A stretch of DNA of 63,867 bases, the filler included, from Asterionella formosa (taxonomy: Eukaryota), in NCBI GenBank assembly GCA_002256025.1. It is 5 parts of 5 records of this genome, joined end to end, with 100 filler letters (N's around TTAATTAATTAA, not from the genome) between each part and the next. Parts side by side here need not be neighbours in the genome. Positions count along the whole stretch, not along the records: positions 1 to 29,163 come from NKIB01001063.1; 4 more parts are not named here. One strand, 5' to 3'. Positions 1 through 10,400 of this stretch are shown here, piece after piece (positions within the stretch are counted from its first letter, which is position 1; every line of letters starts with the position of its first letter). The notes beneath the pieces were generated by a model. That model did no database searches and was not told where the DNA came from. It saw only the letters and a list, made by a program, of their open reading frames with translations. The position numbers and the translations under genes are program-made.

Positions 1-8
1 TTGTACAT

Positions 9-740
9 ATGGTATGGCGAGACGCAAACTTGGATTTTGATGGCGAGGGTGTTGTTGCAGGCGAAGTGGTGTCCTTAGATCGATCAGGACGAGTTACGAT
101 GTGGGATTCTGAAGCATTCCAGCCCGTACGAACACAAACCGTTTCTTTGGAGAATCAAATGACACCTCCTAGACTAGCTTGGGATCCACATGGAGCTCAT
201 GGCACAGCAGTCACAGTCGGTAGTAACGTGAAAATCTTGGACTGGCGCGCTGGCTCCAACACGGAATCAGGAATGATCGAATCCTTCAGAGCTCATCGAT
301 TTGGCGTCGCCGACATTGACTACAATCCAAATAAACCTTTTGTCTTGGCCACCGCTGGTTTGGATGGCCTGATCAAGTTTTGGGACCTACGCAAGGCGAA
401 AGCCCCACTCTTAACTGCTAGAGGGGGCCACACTCACTATGCTTGGAATGTAAAGTACAATCCTTTTCATGATCAGCTTGTTCTATCGACTGGAACCGAT
501 TCGATTGTAAACCTTTGGAGAGTCAGTACTATATCAAGTGCACCACTATTGGTTGACGCAGATGATGCATCAGAAACTTCAGCTCCTAATGTTCGCATTT
601 TCCGGTATGAACACACCGAGTCAGTTTATGGAATGGCTTGGGGTGTGGCAGATGCATGGCTATATGCAAGCGTTGCTTACGATGGGAAGATTTTAGTCAA
701 CCACGTGCCCTCCAAAGAAAAGTACAAGATATTATTATAG
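9..740 (+). CDS. EIPR1: WD40 protein, EARP/GARP-interacting protein EIPR1/TSSC1 (5' part lies outside the window)
   Basis: WD40 repeats (DIDYNPNKPFVLATAGLDGLIKFWDLR; GHTHYAWNVKYNPFHDQLVLSTGTD) and the family C-terminus YDGKILVNHVPSKEKYKILL. Confidence 0.85.
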   Translation: MVWRDANLDFDGEGVVAGEVVSLDRSGRVTMWDSEAFQPVRTQTVSLENQMTPPRLAWDPHGAHGTAVTVGSNVKILDWRAGSNTESGMIESFRAHRFGVADIDYNPNKPFVLATAGLDGLIKFWDLRKAKAPLLTARGGHTHYAWNVKYNPFHDQLVLSTGTDSIVNLWRVSTISSAPLLVDADDASETSAPNVRIFRYEHTESVYGMAWGVADAWLYASVAYDGKILVNHVPSKEKYKILL

Positions 741-903
741 TCGAAAAACATGCTGATCAACTCTAATTGAAAAAATTCGTAATTCTCTTTTTTCTTGCAA
801 TTATACCCAAGCAAATGCACATGTTGAAAGAGATACAAACTACATCGGAAAATTTTTCATAACCATAGGTTCTGTGGCTTAGACAAGGCATCAGTCAATG
901 AGA

Positions 904-1266
904 ACAAAGTTAGTATGTTTTATAGCCCAGTCGTACTCCCCTATTTCTAGGCAAGTCTGTCATGGTGCTACCTGCCAACCAGACCTGTGCTTCCCTAGTT
1001 TTGTTAGCGTAGGTGAGTCCACAACCAACTTTCGCGAAATGTGATTGTCTTAGCCGCAGCGTTAGGGGAAACTCCGACCGCCTAGGATGGTGGCACAAGC
1101 TGCTTGTAGGGGGGCAACCCACTATTTCTTGCACACCAGGCAAGACTGTGCGGGACAGTAAGGAGTGTGGGAGTCGAACCCAAAAATTGCTTCTCAATAA
1201 ATTGCGGGAATCGAACCTCACAACCTCAGATCGAAGGCAACGTGCTAAACCACTAAGCCATTCCCT
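904..1266 (-). mobile_element. tRNA-derived SINE candidate (363 bp) with 15-bp target-site duplication
   Basis: On the minus strand: Pol III A box TGGCTTAGTGG (1250-1260), B box GGTTCGATTCC (1207-1217) and a second B box GGTTCGACTCC (1170-1180). Flanked by direct repeats CATCAGTCAATGAGA (889-903) and CATCAGTCTATGAGA (1267-1281). Confidence 0.7.
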
Positions 1267-2380
1267 CATCAGTCTATGAGAGCGCTCTGGATCTACTGTA
1301 GATTTATCATCACAAAGCAAGTCACAAAACTGGAGCAAAACTAGTAATCTATAACTTATTGCTAATATGCTTTGAATTATTGTGCAAAGCCAGACAAGCA
1401 GGAGGATTATAAGGCCAGGTATTACGGTATATGCATTTGAACTACTACTAGGCAAAAATTAAAATATTGCTTAGGATTGCCGAAATTCCCTGGACAAACT
1501 GGGAACATTTATGAGGTGATTATTAATAACAAGCAATTTTTCTGATTGAGATATTTAGATCAGTGGAATTTTGCGGAAATGTACATAAATTCCTTCTCAA
1601 ATTCGCTAAATATATACATTCATTCTCCATAGCTCAATGTATATATACTCTATACTCTGATCCTGAGTCTGATGCACATGTTGGGGTGAGAAGAAACGAT
1701 GGCTAACTGATATGCTGTTATTGAGATCTATTTGTGTATGGTATCTCTGTTAAGATTCAATTTAAAAAAATGCTTTTTAAAAGACAGAAAAATTTTATCT
1801 GTTAAGATCGCCCCTTTAAGACAGTCTAGCTCGATTAAATAGCATCATGAGATGTAGATCCTAGCTGAGTTTTAGGTGACAATAAGATGGATAGTTTGGC
1901 ACAGTTCTGTAGTCCCTTTAGTCACATGTTTCATGTTCATCAAGAAAGCTCCTGAACCTGAGATGCTCAATTGACAAGTAATATCATATTGCGGAATTTT
2001 TCTGTAAGTTGGCCTGCTTATCTCTGGTCATTGAGCACAATGATAAAAATGTGATGATGGAAAGTAATCTATTGCTATGTCGTGTTCAGATACTTTGAGT
2101 GCGCACTTTTTAGGAGAAACAAGAATTCGAGGATTGATGATTAAAAGCTATCACAGCATATCTTCGATCCTTATATTCAGGAAGGTCTGGTAATCAGCGA
2201 ATTGCGCGCACTATCTACTAAAAATTCCATGTAGCGGTTTCAACCTACTTCATTGGAAGTCTGTCAGGCTTACCAATTCCGAAATGATGAAAACCTCAAA
2301 TTATTTCAATTTATTTAGATTACCTGTAACCGTTATAAACTTTCAAACGGAAAAGCGCTGCCACCTTACACCGCAGAATC

Positions 2381-2946
2381 GCTGACTACCAACTTCAACT
2401 TGCTGACTGCGGACTTCTTGTTGCTAACTGCTGACTTGATTTGCTGAAAATTTGAAATATTAGCTGACTGCTGACTTCGTTTGCTGACTGCTAACTTCAA
2501 CATGCTGACGTCAAACAGGCTACTTTGTACATAGGAAGAGACTGACTACCGTTACCGGTGTACGAATCGTGTCTACTTTTCATATTAGAATAACGATGGA
2601 AACGCATCATCTTTTTGTTGTTGGGATACTAAAAGCGATGCCTTCTTCGTTCATACTATACTATCGGGAGTAACATAGACGTACCTGGTACCTGGTACTC
2701 CGTACATGATAATAAACTGTGAAATTGACATGGATGCCTAAAAAAATTCATTGCTATCTACTTCGTGATATTGCTACCACCATGTACCGATACTATCGTA
2801 AAAATGCTGACTTCAACTTGTTAACTACTGACTGCTGACTTGATTCGCTGAAAATTTGAAAAAATCGCTGACTGCTGACTTCTTTTGCTGACTGCTGACA
2901 TGAAATCGCAGACTACTGACTTCAACTTACTGACTGCTGACTTCAA
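2381..2946. repeat. Two blocks of degenerate GCTGACT heptamer repeats
   Basis: Many GCTGACT(GCTGACT)TC units at ~2381-2512 and ~2806-2946; both blocks share CTGACTTGATT.GCTGAAAATTTGAAA. Confidence 0.8.
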
Positions 2947-3970
2947 GTTCATTTTGACAATAAAACGAGTAACGGCTTAACGTCTATGTAAACGACTATT
3001 TAAAGAATATCGGAGTGGCGCAAAATTTAGGGGTTCGACAATTTTTGGGGTATACCCCTTCCTTTTTTCGTACGTGAATCGATGAACAGAAAACGAGCAA
3101 CCTGCACGCTATGTGCGCTGATTACCGGACCTTCCAGGTCCAGGAGATTTTATTGTCAACTTACAGTCCCAAAGATTATTTTAATATGTCAAACCATACA
3201 TCATGACCTGACATCGTGTTATGATACATATTTTCTACATGAAAATATGGTAGTCTCTTTCATTTGTTTATTGATTGTAATTATAATGAATATCATCAAC
3301 ATTCAACATTGCCAGTTTCGCACGTAGGGTGAAGAAGAAATATCGAGATATGGCTGAAGTGTATTTTCGAATTCTGGATGATGACCTTGAGGATGATTTG
3401 TGTGCTGGTGGTAGAAACTGCAAATCACAAATCTGATGTGCGTGCACGAGCCTACAGGGAAAAGTCGAGCATGACAGGAGATACCTTATGGATAAATTAG
3501 CAGGAGATTAGAAGCAAGCTTTGCAACACTATCATGATGTCAAGTCCATATATCACCCAAGATCCACACAAACTTCCTAGTCGAGAAGGTTTGAAGGGTG
3601 CATTCTTTAAATTCGTGTGCATCATTTACAAGCAAAGTTTCCAGAAGAAGAATCCAAGCTGTCAAATCATGTTTGATGGAGTAAATTTACCTGGTCAATC
3701 AACCAGTCGAGTCACTATCATGGTTGTTCCAAGTCCTTTCATTCAATTGCAATACAATGACCCAACTGTGTGCTGTTTGGTGAGTTGAAGAAAGATTTTT
3801 TGGAAGAACATACAATTGGTACCAGATGTTCATATTATTCGACATAAGATACATGCAGCCGGTAGATTAAGAAGGGAAGAGACAGAAGGAGCAGCAAAGA
3901 ACAAACAAAGCATGAACGAAAACACTATGATTACAACAACTATTCATCTCCAGGAAAAAAAGAAACATAT

Positions 3971-4105
3971 ACCATGATGGATATGTCAATGCTCAATTTC
4001 TATGTGAAAAGAAACCCCCTACCATGATGGATATGTCAGTGCTCAATTTCCAAGCGAAAAGAAACCACCTACCATGATGGATACATCAATGCTCAATTAC
4101 CAAGC
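3971..4105. repeat. 50-bp tandem repeat, ~2.7 copies
   Basis: ACCATGATGGATA.. restarts at 3971, 4021 and 4071. Confidence 0.9.
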
Positions 4106-6194
4106 AGCACAAACTTGAAGGGGGAAACTGATGAGATTTTTTGCTCATCTTGATCTATATGAGAGGTTCAAACATAAACTACCTGATGACAGATGTCATG
4201 AAACTGTATTTTATTGTTTTGATAATTTAGCTTCCATAGAAAAGTATGATGTTGAGTGTACAAGTGATATGACTGACAAAAGTGTCATCAGTGTAACAAC
4301 TGTTCTGGGAAATGAGGTGTCGCCTACAGAGGCTGTTTTCCTCACTCCAACAAATACAACACCAACTCCCTCTTTTGTTCCTAATGATAAACAACATGAC
4401 TCTTAAGAACTTGGTGAAATTTGCAATGACTGCCAAGTCATCAACAGTGAACAACTTTGCATTTATTGCAGTAAAGTTTTTTGTTTCATTTGCTGTGATG
4501 GGATTTGAAATCGTCAGAACATTTGGTGTTGTGATGCATCATGCTTTTCCTGGCACACTTTCTTCCACCAGCATGACTCTTCCTTAGAAGCTTGAGGCTG
4601 CTTCTTTCTCCTTTGCTTAGCCTTTGCTGCTGGATGATGATCACTGAATTGGTTCTGATTGTAGATCATCCACTCATTTACTTTTGTGCTTATCTCAGAT
4701 TGCACAATGAACTGGCGGGATACCAGCTCATTGTGCAATGCAGCTGGTAAGGTGGCAGGTAGTTGCCATGACAACCACTGCTGTTTTCCAAGATTGGCCC
4801 ATGATTGGACACATAATTGACATTGTGCAAGGAATGTCAACAGCAATGTTGGTGGAGTACATGTGTTGCAATTATAGTGAAGCATAATAATCATTATTAC
4901 TGGTATATATTAACAACAGACCACAGTACCAGGTAGTATGTAATTACCGGTATGCTGATAATTCTTTTAATCCGGGTGTTATTATCTACATTTGAGAGAT
5001 TCTGATTGGTGGAACAATCCTTGTTTTTCAATCCTCCACCATACATACATACATACGTATGTAATATCTATAATACCACCAGGATAAATTATATATCAAA
5101 AGACGAGGGTGCATTGGGTCCACATCGGGAACAATGATCCCCTACAGCAGCATAAGAGTCAGTATACTGGTCATTTGTGTACTAGTAGCTAGCTACTAGG
5201 AGCAATGCCGGTGTATTACCAACAGTAGTGGTAAATCGCTTCTGCCCTGTCAATGATGGCAGCACCATACTACTGGAGCAGCACTTTACTACCAGGTACT
5301 ACTGGTTTACATACCGGCTGCCGACAGGAATTTAGTGATGCTTAGCAGTACCAGGCTGTGTATCTGGTAATACCTATTACCAGCCATCAGAGGGTTCTGT
5401 GGTACCAGGTACCAGGTACCATGATGATACTTCCGGCGGGAATTTAGTGATGCTACCAGACTGTGTACCAGGTTTTATGCATAATAGTAGCTACTGGTAT
5501 AACAGCACCAGCACAATGCTGCTGGTACTAAGCAGGCAGGTCTATGGTACCAGGCTGTACATTCATACACAGCTTACTGCCAGCACCTCTGATCTTGCTT
5601 GCTACTGGCATTTCTCTATCTTTCCCTTAGGAGTCTGTAGATTCACTACTCAGTCCATGGTGCCAGCACTTCATTAGTTGCTTCTGGCACTTCCTCACCT
5701 TCCTCATTCTGCCAACAGAATTAAGCTCATATGATTGAAAACATCAGTTTTGTCAACCAAATCTACATTCATTCCTTTCTTTCAACCTTGGATCCCTACA
5801 AGATCCACTCTTCTTGACCTTCCCACACAGTTTGTCACTTAAGTTCTACACAACCTTGGATCCTTCTACATCTGTAATCTTCTGGACCTTTCTAGTATTC
5901 ATCTACCTTTATTACCTTCCATTTAAGACTCAATCTCTTTTATAAAAATCACTACATCATCAAGTGATATACTGACTATAAGTATGCATATCTTCCTCAC
6001 TCGGGCAAAGAACAACGATTTATCTTCGGAATCGGGAGGATTTGCGATTTAATTAGCCCGCAAACTAAGCAAAAGATTGCGAGGCCCAACGCACAGCCAT
6101 GTCTCCGTGCGTGTGAATGTGTCAATCTTCGGCCGTATTCGGTGCAGAGTAAGTCTCCGCCTACATAAGCCCCGTCCGTTGGACGTGATCATTT

Positions 6195-6665
6195 TACCGG
6201 TATATACCGGTACCAGGTACTGGAATGCACAACCAGTTAGTTGGCTGCTGCCTAGATTATTTTTTTATGGCACCAGGTACCGTTAACCTGGTACTCCAAA
6301 CTGGTACCAGGTACGTACCAGTACCGATGTACAGGTGGTCGTATATTTACTCCCAATGACATGCATTGAAATTCCAGTAAAGCAATGGTTCGTGTATGCG
6401 GTATGCTTTGACCCTATTTATCATACCGGTGGTGTTTGTATGATGCTGCATCAAATGATGCTTATCCGGAACATGAGTAGGTACAGTACCAGGTACCAGG
6501 TACCAGGTACGACATACCGGTATGTAGTAAATAAGTACCGGTACCTTGTACCTGATGGTTACAGGTACCGGTTCCAGGTACCAGGTACCATGGTACCTTA
6601 CAATATTGCAGGAACCATCTACAGTAGTAGGCAGAATGAGGTTTTGTTACACGAATACCGGTAAG
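6195..6665. repeat. GGTACC(A)/TACCGGTA palindromic motif cluster
   Basis: Runs such as GTACCAGGTACCAGGTACCAGGTAC (~6486-6510) and many TACCGGTA. Confidence 0.8.
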
Positions 6666-7460
6666 TAAATATAGTTACTATATTCATCACTGAACATAAA
6701 ATTAGTTTTTGAGCCTAGCTCCTCCTTCCAACGGTATTGCCCTCTTTATTTGCGTTTATGTCTATCCACATATATTCATACTGCTATGATTGTATCGAAA
6801 AATGTGTTCTGTCCCAACCAGTGGCGGAAGGTGCACTTATGACAGTCGACCCATCATTATACAGGTGCAACGGTACCAGGTACCAGTTAGCAGTCGTATG
6901 TGTGAATGTATGCATTTATTTATTTGTCTACCGGCATGTGTGTATATTTATGCATGTATTTTGGTTTCTCGATAGTGGATTGCTGACATAAAGCAGCGAC
7001 GACGAGATGAGTCCCCCTCTTGGGCCTCGATGCTCCATGGACTGGTAATTCGCTAAATAAAAACTCATATATTCTCTATTTATTCATACATAAAAATTAT
7101 ATTCAAGAATGATTTACCGGTATTTATCATTCGCTCACATTTATTACGAAGGATCACCTCCACTGGCGCGAGTGTTAGTTATAATTTTTGAGCTAGCGCG
7201 CAATTCCATTTCTATGACCGACATTTCTATATAAAGTGTACATACATATTATGTATACAAATAAAACAACACCGCTTTCGTCCGTGAATGCCGCTATTTA
7301 TACGCGATCTCGGTTACGGCTTCAGCGACCATTATTGCTTTGCTTGTATCCACTTGAAAGACCTGTTCCAAGCGGCGCACGGCACTCAGTCGACAAGGAA
7401 TAACTTGAACGATACAGCTTTCTGTCAACCTTGCGACTCCTTTGAAAGCGCCGAAACACC

Positions 7461-10400
7461 ATGAAGAACAAGAGCCCTTTCCAAGGCAAACGGCGGGGCA
7501 TGACAAGTGGGTCATCCGACAAGTACGCTGATTTGACAGGTGCTTCCCCGCCACGACCCTACGGTGAAGAGGATGGTGGAACTTTCATGAACATGGGTCT
7601 GAAGCGGCAGCCAGCTTCTGAACCAGAAACGCTTAACGACCAGAAGTACAATGTTCCTACTTCCAAGCTCCCTGCATGGATGCAAACACCAAATGGCAGT
7701 TCGAGCGGCGGTCTATTGACTCCCAAGACGCCCAAGAAGTCCTCTGTTGGTGGGCTTTCGCGGGTTCTGGGTAGAGGGAAGGCACCTCATAATTTGGTTC
7801 ACGGTTCCTCTACTAGAAATTTGTTGGACGATCAGTCGGTTGCCTCTAATTCCTACCACAACGAATTGTTGACTGGTTTAGATTCTATTGAGGTGAACTT
7901 GATCCTACCTGGACTTGGTGTGATTCCGACTCAAGGTATGAACCCTTCCAAGGCAACAAAACGTAGAAGTAACTTTGAAAGTTTTAAAGACATCTCGGGC
8001 AACTTCCCGGATTCATCCATCGAGGCGGCAGTAGAAGATGAAAGTAAATCCGATCCTCCGGAAAATGACGAGGGTGACAAGTCGTCGAATCCTACAGTTG
8101 TGGCGAAAGGCAAGGAAACATATGACGCTATCGCTAAAGAGAAGCCTACCAAGCTGGAAAAGATCCATGAGCTCCTTGTTGCCAACAAAGAGCTGAAGAA
8201 AGTCGTCCAGGGGCACCAGAGGGAACTTGTTGAGAAGGACAAGCGTTTAAGAGAGCTGGAGAAAGTGCAATCAAGAACAGGGCAAAGAAGCGGGGAAGAA
8301 CCCACAAACAACGAGAAGCAAGTAGAAGCTCTTCAAGCTCTCTCTTCGGTATCACAAAAGCAGCATGACAGTTTACTATTAGCTGAGATAGAAAACAAGC
8401 GGATGCAAAAAGAAATCGATAGGAACCAAAAGGAAAGTAAGCAGCTGAAGAAAGAGCTCGCTGCTAAGAAGAAAGAATCCATCGGTTTGGAAAAAGAGAT
8501 CAACGCAAACCTGACTGAGATTCTCGGTCTGCGAAAGGAGCTTTCACAAACTCTTCAGCAGCTCGATACCCTCGAAGAAGAACAAGATGAGGATCGGTCC
8601 AAGATTATTTTTCTGACCAAAGAAATATCTCAATTGCGCTCAGGAAATCCATTTGAACCCGCTGACGTTATTGCAATGAAGGAGCAGTTAGAATTATCGG
8701 AAAGAAACCTGAAAAAGAAGGACCGTCTTATAGAAAACCAACGAAAGGAAGTCGTAAATCAAGTTGGGCAAATCATGCAACTCAAGACTGAACTGGAACA
8801 AGCTGAAAAAAAGCTTGAAAAGTCACAGGATGAGTGCGAACGCCTGAAGGAGCTTTCGCAGGACAACCCGAAGGTTCAAAATCAACTCGAGGATTTGAAT
8901 CTCCTCAAGCTCGAGCTTGAAGAAGTTGAAGCCAAGTTACAGCATTCGCAGGAGCAGTGCAATCTTTTAAACAACCTAGCCAGGGCGAATACGGCCCGTC
9001 GAGGTCAATTAAAGGGATCGACGATAGCGTTCGAAGAATCAGAAGAAATGAACCATGCGATAATAAACGAGGAAGCGATGAATCACTTGCAGGTTTACAA
9101 AGCTCGAAATCTCATTAGTAGTGGGAAGCAGGAGCTTTGCGACAACGAGTCAACAGCTGTTGACCATGATCAACTAGAACGAGACATAGAACTATTGCAA
9201 GCTGCTCTTAACGAAGCGAATTACAAGAACAGGGAACTTATGGAGAAGAACGAATTACTGGAGGGGGAAAACTTGTCGCTCGTCGCCCTTCGCCACGCCT
9301 TCAAAAATGCAGAGGACGGGAAAGAGGAAGCTGAGGAGAAGGCCCGAAAAGTCGTGTCTGAATTAAATACTGATGTAATTAAGTTGCAAATGTCTTTGAG
9401 CCAGTCAACAGAGAAATGCGCTAGGCTCGAGACAGAAATTGGTGATTTGCGCGAAGAGTTAAATCGTTTGCATGCTGGACAGGAAAAATGGCAGAGGAGC
9501 ACAGAAACAGCAGAATCTCATACGCAGTCCGTCAGCGAGCCTGTTGCAGAAATCCAATCAGCACAGCGAGAAATATTCGTCTTTCAAGTGGAGATTGAAG
9601 ATCTGCGCAGCAAAAATTCTGAGTTAGAAGAGCAGTTGAATGCTGTCATTGATGATAGAAATGATTGGCGAAAGGCAGCAGAAATGGCCGAAATGAGGGT
9701 AGACGAGTTGCGTCCATTAGTTGTTACTTTGCAGAATTCCAAGGCCGAGGTCATTCTTTTGCGAGAAGAAGTCGACGAACTTCGCAACGAGAAGGAAAAT
9801 CTCGAAGAACAGGCGAGAGAACTTTCTGAAGAAAGAGATACATGGAAGGCATCGACAGAGGATGCCGGTTTAGGCGATGCAAAATCACAAGCCAAAGCCT
9901 CGCTCGTGGAGGAAGTACAAAAAGAGCTTGCTACATTGCAGTCGCAATCAATAAATCGTTGTCAGAGCAACCACGACGCTGATCGTCATATCGAAGAGTT
10001 GACTTCCGAGCGAGATGATTGGAGGGAAGCTGCCGAACAAGCTCAGTTAGACTTAGAGGACGCACGTGAAGAACTAAACAATATGCTACCTTTATATGCG
10101 GACGCTGAGGAACTGCGAAGGGCTATGAGGCAACAAGAAGCAGACAGCGACGAATCGAAGAAGGTCATCGAACATTGGAGAGCTGTTTCCGAAACGATGC
10201 AGACTCAACTTGTCGAGGCGAAAAGTAGTCTTGTTCGGCTCGAACAGCAACGGTCCACTGAAACAACAACAACAAAGTTAGAGCTCGCAGAGACTAGAAC
10301 TGCTATAAGTTCATTGAAAGTATTAGTAGAGGAGTACGAGACTGATTTGCTTGACATGAAAGTTAAGATATCTGAACTGGAATCCGAGCTGCAAGATACA

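Noticed and set aside
1002..1531. Solo LTR (TGTTA..TAACA)
   Set aside because: No matching TSD, and the SINE model with a 15-bp duplication explains the region better
3971..4105. CRISPR-like array
   Set aside because: Whole 50-bp units are similar with no unique spacers, there are no cas genes and the context is eukaryotic
5399..6991. Short ORFs rich in VPGTRY
   Set aside because: Translations of the GGTACCA repeat, not proteins
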